IMG/VR virus record: IMGVR_UViG_3300045988_122441
Source: a virus
Length of the DNA: 64,000 bases
Reading direction: 5' to 3' (one strand)
Shown: one piece after another, positions 15,792 through 25,338 of the stretch
Position numbering within the stretch: the stretch's first letter is position 1
Layout: each line of letters begins with the position of its first letter
Position numbers and translations under genes: made by a program
Notes under the pieces: model-generated
Seen by the model: the letters and a program-made list of their open reading frames with translations, nothing else
What the model was told of the DNA's origin: nothing
The model's database searches: none

Positions 15792-17693
15792 TTATATACC
15801 TAATTTCTTTTCTAGTTTTTCTATACGGTCATTGAAATCCTGCATTTGCAGTTCGTCGTATAGCAATCTAACCAATAAAAAATGAGTATACTCAATGCAG
15901 TAATACTCATTTTCATCGTCTGGATTTAATTTTCGTGTGCCAAGCATCAGGAGTTTATCTTCAACTCCATGCCTAGCAAATGCATTTCGTAAATCTTGCG
16001 CCAGTATTCCGACACATAATTCCTCGTGGTCATAATCTGGTGCTGACATTCTAAACTGTACGAATCGGACTTCACCAACAGCCTGAATAATATTTCTTGC
16101 TATTGGTTCAATATCACGTTTCATACGTCTGTCTGATAGACTTCCACTCCATGTTCCATCAAGGAAGCCCTTTCCTGTTTGAGCCTTCACATGAACACCA
16201 TCTGATGCGGCATAAATGGAACCATTCTTTTGCTGAGTACCATTGTTGTTATAGTACCAGTCAGCCCATCCATAACCTCCTGATGTTGTTTCGTTCATTA
16301 ATTGAACACCTTTGAGGATACGCATCAACATAGCGCAGTCGATTCCGGCACGATTGGCTGTTTTACCGAAAGCAATACCATCACCACCAGCCTTATAGTC
16401 CATTGTTGCGAAGCCGTTTGATAATGTCATAGTGGCGACGGCTTCTTTCCCAGCTTTATCTCTGATGGTAAGTCTGATATCATATGCCTGCGTATCAGAC
16501 ACAGCAATTACACGGGTGTCACTCATATTTAATGAACTTGCGCTGATAGCAAGATTTGTCCATGCTGACTGACCTGCGATTCTATATTGCAGAACAGGAG
16601 TGATGGTATTGCCGGATATGCTACTTACAGAACCATTTGATACAATTTTCGCATGGTCTCCCGTATCGTCAGCTATGAAGTTACTTGTTGTACTTCCAGT
16701 TCCTCGTGATGCAGATATTTTCGCTGTAGGCAGGCTATAATCAGACACGGTAACTTTCATGGTTGCGGAGTTCGTCCTTCCACGACTATCTTTAGCGGTA
16801 ACTGTTATCGTTTTTTCTCCAGTTGATGTAAACGGGTCAAAAGTATACTCGGTTCCGCTTGAAGCAGTTTTGTCAGACATCCCGGTTACAGATATCTTGA
16901 GTGATGAAATAGTAGAGCTGTAGCTGCCAGATGCCGAGGGCTTAACCTTAACCCCAGATAGTAACTTCGCATAACATCCGAACGTGCTATTGGTGTTCGT
17001 GAGTGATGAGATGCTACATGACGGCTTCACACTTGCCGGGACATTGCATGTAAAAGATATGGACTTGCTTCCAATTTTGGTATTACCATTGTATGTATCG
17101 CAATATAATGTACCAACTCCTGAAGTGGCGTTTGGAACCATATGTGCCAGATCAAGAGGCGGAGTCCACGATACACTGGTGCTGGAAGATTTCGTGCATA
17201 TAGTGCCAGATTTTGTGCCGTATAAATATGTAATGGTGTGTGTAAAGCTTGTGCTTGCACGAGATACAGAAATTGTTCCGGCGCTGCCCATTGTAAGAGT
17301 TCCACACGAAATGGAAGATGCTCGTGGTATAACGTTAAGGGAGAATGTCTTGCTCTTACTTTTGTTGATAGCCCACTCATAAATACCAGCTTCAACAGAG
17401 ATGGAAAAAGACTTTGAACCATCGGCATTGTGATTCAATGTTTTGGAGCCACTACATATTTGTGTACCATTATATGCATCCGTGTGATGGCTGGAATCGC
17501 GATAAAATACCTGACTGCCATCAATTTTAATTCTAACCTCGCTGACTCGAACCCATCCAGAATATGAGCCGCTACCTTTGAGTGTCCATTTAATAGTGGA
17601 TTTGTTATTAGCTATATCCTGGGTTGCCGTCCAGCTCAGCGTGACACTGCGCTGTGAATATTCGCCAGTTGTCACGCTTCCGCTTAAAGCCAT
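15792..17693 (-). CDS. tail fibre protein with a C-terminal S74 intramolecular-chaperone domain
   Basis: N-terminus resembles DUF859 siphovirus proteins (SVTLSWTATQD..IKWTLKGSG). C-terminus SDRRMKRDIEPI..GILAQDL.. is typical of the endosialidase-chaperone (Peptidase_S74) domain. Confidence 0.7.
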   Translation of the reverse strand: MALSGSVTTGEYSQRSVTLSWTATQDIANNKSTIKWTLKGSGSYSGWVRVSEVRIKIDGSQVFYRDSSHHTDAYNGTQICSGSKTLNHNADGSKSFSISVEAGIYEWAINKSKSKTFSLNVIPRASSISCGTLTMGSAGTISVSRASTSFTHTITYLYGTKSGTICTKSSSTSVSWTPPLDLAHMVPNATSGVGTLYCDTYNGNTKIGSKSISFTCNVPASVKPSCSISSLTNTNSTFGCYAKLLSGVKVKPSASGSYSSTISSLKISVTGMSDKTASSGTEYTFDPFTSTGEKTITVTAKDSRGRTNSATMKVTVSDYSLPTAKISASRGTGSTTSNFIADDTGDHAKIVSNGSVSSISGNTITPVLQYRIAGQSAWTNLAISASSLNMSDTRVIAVSDTQAYDIRLTIRDKAGKEAVATMTLSNGFATMDYKAGGDGIAFGKTANRAGIDCAMLMRILKGVQLMNETTSGGYGWADWYYNNNGTQQKNGSIYAASDGVHVKAQTGKGFLDGTWSGSLSDRRMKRDIEPIARNIIQAVGEVRFVQFRMSAPDYDHEELCVGILAQDLRNAFARHGVEDKLLMLGTRKLNPDDENEYYCIEYTHFLLVRLLYDELQMQDFNDRIEKLEKKLGI

Positions 17694-17717
17694 ATATTTT
17701 CACCTCCAGTCTATTAA

Positions 17718-20700
17718 TTACCTGCCCCCTAAGTACCTAAATGACAGGTTGCCATTAGAACGGGGAATAAAAGCAAATTTGCCAAGCTGTAATCGTTCTA
17801 AGATTTCAGCATCAGTTACATATAGCTTATTGTTACTGAAGTATGCTACTTCGTCAGTACCCTGATAGAAGCTCAGTTTCTGTTCGCTTAACAGCATAGA
17901 CAGCTGCTTAGAGACATCCTGACTTGATATCTTTCTCGTGATACGCAAACCAGCATCTTCCATTGAGAAACACTCTGTTGTCTTCTCAATATCAACAATT
18001 TTGCCATTGATAGCATCGACCTGCACAATGTATGTGTTGATATCGGTTTGTACCCTATCAACTTGCTGTTGTGTAGTTACGCTGCTTTTACGAATTTCTT
18101 CGATACGTCCATCTTCACCCACCAAATCATCAAAGTCTTTACGATTGATGGTTACCTGGTTCAGAACGTCAGAAATAATTTCTCTTAACTCATCAGATAT
18201 ATCGCCAAGGTTTTTGTCTGTATAATTCAACAAATCCTCTGGGGCAGGATAATAGTCTGTAGGACGGTTTCCTTTCTCTAACTGAATGTAGTCAATAGCG
18301 TAGTAATCATTTCCATTCATATTGTCAGTGATACGCAGGACGTTGGAAAGATTTCCAACATTTCCAGTCGTCAATAGCTGACCAGACGATGTTGCAAAAT
18401 TGTAACGTGCGTCAGTAACTAGCTCGAATTCTGTATCCTCAAGCGTCAGAACTGTATATACCTTGTTCCATCCAGAAGACAACTGTATTTGCTGCATGTC
18501 TGTTGTCTGCATAACGCCATTGGCATTTGCAAGGCATACGTTAATAGTTGTATTCTGGCGGGAGTATACATTCATTGATACCGTGAGTTTAGTACCAATG
18601 GAGGCAGAAATTAGATTATCTGTGTATACTTCATAGTAAACAGCCTTAGCTGTATTAGATCCGGTTCCGGACTGAATCTTAATTACTTTTTTGGCTTCAA
18701 TCTCATCTTCAGTGATGCTATAAACACCATCGCTGCCATAATAATGACATCCTTCAAGCGCATCAGATTTCTTGAGCAAGTTTCTTGCACCAATCATCAT
18801 ATTTGCGCTATCTACCAGAATAGGAATAGTTTGGATATCGAGCAGGTTATTATCATTTGGAGCTTGACTGGCTTTATGCATTTCTACTGTATAGAACGTA
18901 GGCATATCAGCCTCTCCATAGATTGTGAATGACTGCTCGGCAACATTACCAGAAGAACTAAATACCTCTTCTGTTCGGTTGTCACTATATGTCTTTGTAA
19001 TGACAAAACGGCAAGGGTAGACCTCGCGATCACCATTGCCATCTCTGTAATATCCTCTAACTTTAACCGTATCCGGTGTGATGATGTTGTTTCCATCAAT
19101 CTTAACTGCGGATGTATCAACTTCAAGGAAATATGTTCTTCCTGTCACTCCGGTATCACCCTGTTTTGCATTTGTATACGTCACAGTTGAATTACCGTCT
19201 GAATAGTTGACAGTAGTTCTTGTCCAGAGAATCATACCGTCTGAAAGTTCTGGCATCTCATCTGACCATTTGTTTGTAACAAATATTCTCGAAGAATTGT
19301 CAACCAGTGATAATCCACCGCTAGTGATAAGCTCGACTGATTCTGGCGGGGTAGTGCTTTTCTCGGTTGTTGCGATATATTCTATTTTTGTAGAGGTAAT
19401 TGTAACATCAGCACCCTTGATAAGAGACCATGTGTACTTCGTAGGGTCTGTACTATCAGCCTCAATATTATCTGTGTACTGTCCGATATATTTTTTATCA
19501 GTACCAACAGTCGTGTTGAATCCGGTTTTTCCATCAGCTGAGTCTGCGTAAGCTATATGAACATAGCCATTCTCACCCGGCGTACCATTTTCACCGACGT
19601 ACTTAGACCACTTATACGCACTTGCGGCTGTTGGTGCGGTAGAAGTGGTTGTAGATGTAGTACCGATATATTTTGTTGCGCTTGAAGGTGTTGTGGTCAT
19701 TCCGCTACCATTTGCATCAGTAGCATATCTTATCCAGAGATAAGAGGATACACCGTCAAAGTAATCGACTCCTTTAACAGGCGTTTTACCATCAGCACCC
19801 TTGATAAGAGACCATGCATAATCTTTGTAGTTTCCGCTATCAGCCTGTACATTATCAGAGTACACACCAATATATGTTGCTCCGGTAAACTCGGATTTAG
19901 AGAATCCCTCTTTACCATCAGCACTCATAGCGTATGCGAAATGCACATAGCCGTTCTTGCCTGGAATACCGTCCTCGCCGTCTTTTCCTGCAAACTTAGA
20001 CCATGTATAGGAGTTTGCCGTGTCAGGGTCTTTGATGACATCATTCACGCAGATACCAATGTAGTCTGAAGGAACTTCTGATATCTGGCTATCTGTAGGA
20101 TTTGGATATGCGGAATATTTGATATGAACATAATTGCTTGAACCATCACGTCCATCACGTCCATTGATTCCGTCGATTCCATCCGTACCATCGATACCCT
20201 GTCTTGACACGCTATATGTTACCGTAGAATTTCCATCTGAGTAATTGACCGTAGTTCTCGTCCACAGATATGATCCTTCAATAACATTCGGAACTGTTGT
20301 GAGCCACTTATTTGTAGCCAGCTCGTTTCCATTATGGTCTACAATGATTTTTCCATCATTTGTCGCCATTGAGTTTGCGGATGGTGGGATAGTACCGCTG
20401 TCGCTCGGAATATACACAACCTCCGTGGAAACGATATACACACTTGTACCATCTTCTCCACGAATTTGTGACCAAGCATATTTTTTGTAGTCTGTACTAT
20501 CTTCTTTCACATTGTCGGTATAAACACCGATATGTGTAGCTCCTTCGTATTCGACTACACTGAAGTTCACACTACCATCTGCTGACTGAGCGTACGCAAA
20601 ATGCACATAACTATCTGCACCTGCTGTACCGTCCTTACCGTCTTTACCAGTAAATTTACTCCATGTATAAGAGCTTGCTGTTGTTGGGTCGTTCACGTTT

Positions 20701-23700
20701 TCATCGACGCAGATACCGATATATGTAGATGGAACTTCGGTCATTAATTCATCTGTTGGATTTGCGACCGGGCTGTATTTGATATGAATGTAGGATGATT
20801 TACCGTCTACGCCATCACGTCCCGGAAGACCTTGACCGCCATCAGCACCGGCTTTCAGTTTTGCAATTCGGAATTTCTTGCTGACAGATAACTTGTCCAT
20901 ATAGATTAAATCAAATACGACCTCACCAACACTTGTGGTTAAGTTCTTGATCGTGTATCTATGGTTTGTCTTGTCCCATTCACCTACAATCCCACTTGTG
21001 GCAGTGATTGTCCACTTCAGGTCAGATGATTTTGTGATATCCGTACTTCCAGAGAATACAAGCACATCTGTATAGCAATCAGTGAAATTGCCTCCGTTGC
21101 CATTAGAGTCGGTAGTGATACCGATGTATTCATTTGTAAGCTGTACCACGAGAGCAGCAGCTTCTTGCTTGATGGTCTTGTCAATATAAGAGCCAAGGTC
21201 ATCGCTGGTTGTCATTTGGATATGTCTACCGTTGATTTTGATATTTCCATCATCATCCACATACACATATTTTGTGTAAGAACCATCTTTGTTCTTACGC
21301 TGAAGTGTAAATAGATCCTTGTTCGTATCAGAAGCATCGGCAGTAATCGTCATACCATTCTGGTCAATCTTCACAGAGCCTGATGTATTGTAAATACCAA
21401 GCTCATTTCCAAGAATGATATTACCGACAATCTTATGTGCGATAATACCGTAGTCTTCTTTATATGTACCTGTCTCCGGGTCATAGTAAATATACTTACC
21501 AAGACCTGTTTTAACAGTTTTCCACCCATCGTTTGTGTAATAAAATCCATGATTGATAATCTTTGTCTGTTCTGCACTATAGTCGTCTCCGAATTCGTTC
21601 TTTTCTCTCATCAGGAGACCGGATTCATCAACAACCATATTCTGATTATCTGCAGCATTTACGATTCTTTTATTCGTAAGGTTCAGACCGTTCTCAACCA
21701 TGTCCATAATCTGCTTATTCGCATTATTTCCCTTATTAGCCTGATGCTGTACCATAGAGTATGATGTAGCCATAGATTGAGCCTGAGCCAGAATACTCTG
21801 TGTATCTGACATATAGTCCAGTCCATATGTGACATCTGAAAACTCTACATCGAGCTTATCAAGATTGTCGTAATCAATCTTATAAGAAGTCAGTCGAAGC
21901 TTATATACCACTCCGTCAATTTCGATGTGAACCCAGTTACCGACCTCGAAATTAACAAGAAGAGGAGAGAATGTTGCGTTGCCTTTTACAAGATAAAGCT
22001 GATCGTGAGTAATAATATGGACTCCATCCAACGTGACGATTGGAACCGGAGATTCTTCCACATCCTGCTCTTTAACCAGAAGGAAGTTGTTAAGGTTGCA
22101 ACTGATTGTATGCTGTAATGTTGCAGATTTTACGATTTCACGTTCGGCGTTTTTGATAAATTCTTTTGCCTGAGCAATCAGTTCTGTGTCTGATAACCCA
22201 TCAGAAATGAAATTGTCATTCTGGTATGTATCATCACGTCTGAAAGAACAGAACTCTACCCATAAAGTTTCCCCAAGGTAGCTTCGGAGATCAAGCTTGT
22301 TGGCAATAGCCTGACGCTGTTTCTCAATGTAATCCAGTACGCCATCTGGATTACTTCTTGTACCTCTAAGTTTCAGAACCTCTGCCTCACGTTCTCTTAA
22401 TTCATCCTGAATCCATACGCTTCTGTTGTAGTACGGTAAATACATAGATGCATACAATTCATTTTCAGGGTCAGCTACTCCCTGTTGAATTAAGATATCC
22501 AGACATCCACGAGCAATGCTCGCAAGGATATTGAGGTTATCCACGCTATAGAATGACAGTGCCTGTTTGAACTCGGACTCGCTCTTCTTAAACAGAGCAA
22601 CAGTTCCTGTAGCATCTACATCATTCTTTTTCATAGCCTTCTCAATCTGACATTTGATGAAGTCCGGTGTTGCGTCAGAAACGTATACGGTCAATACTGC
22701 AGATGTTGCCGTATCCTCTTCATCTGAATATCCAGTAAGAGTGACGGTTCCCTTCCACACCTTCGCTTCGTATGTGTTACACTTCGCTGTGATTCTATAC
22801 AAAGAAGTATCAATAAATACCTTCGCATAATTCTGTACAGCAGATGTAACAGTAGCAGAAGATGAGATCTCTGCATTCTGAATGCCAAGAGGAGATAAAG
22901 TATTTGTGGTGAGCTTTGCAAGCTCTTTTGCGGCAGTTGTCTTCTCACCATGCTCCGATGCTGGAGCCAGAGTGGTCTTTAATAAGCTATAGAAATTCAA
23001 TGCAGAATAATATACATCTGTCAACGCAGAGTATCCTACGATTGGATATTTTACATTTGTCAGAGTATCATCATACAGCTTGTATTTATTGATAAGAGCG
23101 TTATACTCAGAAATTACAGTAGATGGAATATCTATCTGTTTTTTAGTTGAGTACGACTCATATTCTGTGTCATAAGCTTTCAGCTTATCCTGTAAAGCCT
23201 GTGACATATCCGCACGAACAGAATCACTCAAATACCAAATATACTGACTGCCACTAGGATTGATATTACGAATCGTCGCAGTCATCAAATCATCGCCAGC
23301 AACGAGGCGGAAACAGTTTTTTACACTGTCCTTATTTGATGAATAGGTAATATCTCCGGCGAAATTCTCGTGACTGAGAAAAATGCCGCTGTCAGTGCCA
23401 TATCCGTAATTGATATTCGCAGAGCCACACTTCGGGCATACCTTTGTAGTGAATGAGCCACGTTCGCCACATTCCATACATCGGTCATTCAGATCATATA
23501 CAGAAATAGTTCTATGAATTTTGCCATCGTTATTCGTATATTCGCCATATTTAAAAAGGCATTCTACTTCATTTGCGATGTCATCAAATGCATCTTTTAT
23601 ACTCGAGCCGTCCCATGAAAATGTTCGTTGTAGATTTGCAATAGATGAATCTACATGTACAATAGTATAATGAGATGCTTTGTCTTTTAAAATTCTGTCC

Positions 23701-24167
23701 AGAGCAGATGCCTCTGGATTCTTTGGGTCATAGATAATCGTAGGAGAGTAGTCGTCTCTCGCAATATCATCTTCTGTGTTAATTTCAACACCATTCAATG
23801 TAAGCTGACCAAGCTCTGCTTCCTGTAAATGAATTCCTTGACAATGTTTGATTGTACAGTCATTCTCATCAACTTCTACAGAAAGCTCATACCACGGATT
23901 GAACGTAGACGTATCAAGATGTGGTATATACACCAGTCTGAAATCCCTGATATCATCCCATAACTGGCATTCAACACCATCGATCTCCTTATAAACATCA
24001 AAGGATATCTCAGCAGTTTCTACAAGTGCATTTGCATTCGTCAGTGATTGGACATTGTGAATAATTCCTTGTTTGGTTCCGCCACGATAAGAAAGAACGA
24101 GATCTGGTGTAATTGGCTGACCGTCAGGACTTATTTCAATAAGACCTCCATATAAAGAAGTATTCAC
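17718..24167 (-). CDS. very large tail tip / minor structural protein (Tal-like, 2149 aa) with collagen-like repeat modules
   Basis: Directly follows Dit. N-terminus is like phage minor structural proteins. Six internal modules are bounded by G-x-DG-x-DG triplets (see the repeat feature). Confidence 0.7.
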   Translation of the reverse strand: MNTSLYGGLIEISPDGQPITPDLVLSYRGGTKQGIIHNVQSLTNANALVETAEISFDVYKEIDGVECQLWDDIRDFRLVYIPHLDTSTFNPWYELSVEVDENDCTIKHCQGIHLQEAELGQLTLNGVEINTEDDIARDDYSPTIIYDPKNPEASALDRILKDKASHYTIVHVDSSIANLQRTFSWDGSSIKDAFDDIANEVECLFKYGEYTNNDGKIHRTISVYDLNDRCMECGERGSFTTKVCPKCGSANINYGYGTDSGIFLSHENFAGDITYSSNKDSVKNCFRLVAGDDLMTATIRNINPSGSQYIWYLSDSVRADMSQALQDKLKAYDTEYESYSTKKQIDIPSTVISEYNALINKYKLYDDTLTNVKYPIVGYSALTDVYYSALNFYSLLKTTLAPASEHGEKTTAAKELAKLTTNTLSPLGIQNAEISSSATVTSAVQNYAKVFIDTSLYRITAKCNTYEAKVWKGTVTLTGYSDEEDTATSAVLTVYVSDATPDFIKCQIEKAMKKNDVDATGTVALFKKSESEFKQALSFYSVDNLNILASIARGCLDILIQQGVADPENELYASMYLPYYNRSVWIQDELREREAEVLKLRGTRSNPDGVLDYIEKQRQAIANKLDLRSYLGETLWVEFCSFRRDDTYQNDNFISDGLSDTELIAQAKEFIKNAEREIVKSATLQHTISCNLNNFLLVKEQDVEESPVPIVTLDGVHIITHDQLYLVKGNATFSPLLVNFEVGNWVHIEIDGVVYKLRLTSYKIDYDNLDKLDVEFSDVTYGLDYMSDTQSILAQAQSMATSYSMVQHQANKGNNANKQIMDMVENGLNLTNKRIVNAADNQNMVVDESGLLMREKNEFGDDYSAEQTKIINHGFYYTNDGWKTVKTGLGKYIYYDPETGTYKEDYGIIAHKIVGNIILGNELGIYNTSGSVKIDQNGMTITADASDTNKDLFTLQRKNKDGSYTKYVYVDDDGNIKINGRHIQMTTSDDLGSYIDKTIKQEAAALVVQLTNEYIGITTDSNGNGGNFTDCYTDVLVFSGSTDITKSSDLKWTITATSGIVGEWDKTNHRYTIKNLTTSVGEVVFDLIYMDKLSVSKKFRIAKLKAGADGGQGLPGRDGVDGKSSYIHIKYSPVANPTDELMTEVPSTYIGICVDENVNDPTTASSYTWSKFTGKDGKDGTAGADSYVHFAYAQSADGSVNFSVVEYEGATHIGVYTDNVKEDSTDYKKYAWSQIRGEDGTSVYIVSTEVVYIPSDSGTIPPSANSMATNDGKIIVDHNGNELATNKWLTTVPNVIEGSYLWTRTTVNYSDGNSTVTYSVSRQGIDGTDGIDGINGRDGRDGSSNYVHIKYSAYPNPTDSQISEVPSDYIGICVNDVIKDPDTANSYTWSKFAGKDGEDGIPGKNGYVHFAYAMSADGKEGFSKSEFTGATYIGVYSDNVQADSGNYKDYAWSLIKGADGKTPVKGVDYFDGVSSYLWIRYATDANGSGMTTTPSSATKYIGTTSTTTSTAPTAASAYKWSKYVGENGTPGENGYVHIAYADSADGKTGFNTTVGTDKKYIGQYTDNIEADSTDPTKYTWSLIKGADVTITSTKIEYIATTEKSTTPPESVELITSGGLSLVDNSSRIFVTNKWSDEMPELSDGMILWTRTTVNYSDGNSTVTYTNAKQGDTGVTGRTYFLEVDTSAVKIDGNNIITPDTVKVRGYYRDGNGDREVYPCRFVITKTYSDNRTEEVFSSSGNVAEQSFTIYGEADMPTFYTVEMHKASQAPNDNNLLDIQTIPILVDSANMMIGARNLLKKSDALEGCHYYGSDGVYSITEDEIEAKKVIKIQSGTGSNTAKAVYYEVYTDNLISASIGTKLTVSMNVYSRQNTTINVCLANANGVMQTTDMQQIQLSSGWNKVYTVLTLEDTEFELVTDARYNFATSSGQLLTTGNVGNLSNVLRITDNMNGNDYYAIDYIQLEKGNRPTDYYPAPEDLLNYTDKNLGDISDELREIISDVLNQVTINRKDFDDLVGEDGRIEEIRKSSVTTQQQVDRVQTDINTYIVQVDAINGKIVDIEKTTECFSMEDAGLRITRKISSQDVSKQLSMLLSEQKLSFYQGTDEVAYFSNNKLYVTDAEILERLQLGKFAFIPRSNGNLSFRYLGGR
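19410..20850 (-). repeat. six tandem protein modules (about 70-100 aa each) inside the 2149-aa tail gene
   Basis: Recurring pattern (G-x-DG)n-..Y(V/I)H(F/I)(A/K)Y(A/S)..YIG(V/I)..(Y)(T/A/K)WS..(G)xDG. A duplication of about 1 kb is visible in the twin spurious plus ORFs starting MTVVLV at 19207 and 20245. Confidence 0.6.
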
Positions 24168-24961
24168 GCAATCACCACCTTCGCAATCGGATTATATGAA
24201 ATAGAGTATGTGCAAGGGAGATTAAACGTCAGTTTGTTTAATACATTGCCATACTCATTGTTGATTCGGATAAATTTGTAGTTAAAGTCATCTCCAAGTT
24301 CATGCGATTTATTACTTGATAAGATTTGCAGGAGATGAGTAAATGTGAGTGTTTCTCCAGAAGAGCATCCACGAACAACAGTTGTTCTGTTATCGAATCC
24401 GTTTGTGATTTTTAAATCACCTGCGGCTTTGAGAGTAATTGTGATGTCAGGGTAGATATATCCTTCATCATCACTTGTGTCACTGATACTCACAGTACCG
24501 TCCTTTGCTACTGATCCGCTGATATTTACCTTGTCTTTATATCCGAATGGTGCGGTAGCAGTAAAAGTTAAATTGAATCCGATGCAAGCAGAATCGGCAT
24601 GAACCTCTTCGACATTGAATGTTCCATTCCAGAAGATACCTTCGTAATCATCGCCACCAGCTCTGAATTCGGACGCAACTGGACTTTCCAGCCATCGCTT
24701 CAAAGCTGCAGCTTCCTTTGGCGTAACCGCAGTCCCGGCATTATTACCGAGTTTACATATTGACATTTCTGCAACAAATGCACCGTCATAAACCGAATAT
24801 ATAATCGGAAAATATCGACCGCCAAACATTGATATTGAAGTAAGTTCTCGCTGTGAATCTGTTGTTACGGCTCCGACAGAGCCAGAACCATCAAACTCGC
24901 AAAGCATGTAGCCATGGTCATTTAACGACTCTCCTCGAAAAGTAAAATCACATCTATCCAT
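24164..24961 (-). CDS. distal tail protein (Dit-like)
   Basis: 265 aa, located between the tape measure gene and the Tal-like gene, with a stop/start overlap to the next gene. Called from position and size only. Confidence 0.55.
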   Translation of the reverse strand: MDRCDFTFRGESLNDHGYMLCEFDGSGSVGAVTTDSQRELTSISMFGGRYFPIIYSVYDGAFVAEMSICKLGNNAGTAVTPKEAAALKRWLESPVASEFRAGGDDYEGIFWNGTFNVEEVHADSACIGFNLTFTATAPFGYKDKVNISGSVAKDGTVSISDTSDDEGYIYPDITITLKAAGDLKITNGFDNRTTVVRGCSSGETLTFTHLLQILSSNKSHELGDDFNYKFIRINNEYGNVLNKLTFNLPCTYSISYNPIAKVVIA

Positions 24962-24982
24962 ACGTCCTCCTCCTTTCGTAAT

Positions 24983-25285
24983 TTATACTTTGAACTGTCT
25001 ATTTAACTGATTAAATTTCTTTTCATATTCCTTGCGTATTTTGCGGACGGCAAATACAGCATCTTTATACTGTTTTCGATATTCAAGAGCTTCTTGAATT
25101 CTTGCATTCCACTCAGCACGTAAGGTATCCACGCTTCCGATAATCTGCTCATAGTGTTGATTCTTATCTGAAAGCTGTGCGTTTTCTGTACGCAAAGCTC
25201 TATTTTCATTTTTGAGTTTTTCGTTCTTTTCCTGTAGGCTTTTGATAGTGCGTTCCTGCATATCAATTTTTCTGTTTAAATTCAT
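24983..25285 (-). CDS. coiled-coil hypothetical protein
   Basis: GGAGG upstream of ATG 25285 (MNLNRKIDMQERTIKSLQEKNEKLKNENRAL...). The longer ORF-track start at 25345 overlaps the TMP end. Confidence 0.45.
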   Translation of the reverse strand: MNLNRKIDMQERTIKSLQEKNEKLKNENRALRTENAQLSDKNQHYEQIIGSVDTLRAEWNARIQEALEYRKQYKDAVFAVRKIRKEYEKKFNQLNRQFKV

Positions 25286-25338
25286 ATCCTTTTCCTCCAA
25301 TAGAAAGAGAGGCAACATAATAATTGCCTCTCTAGTTA

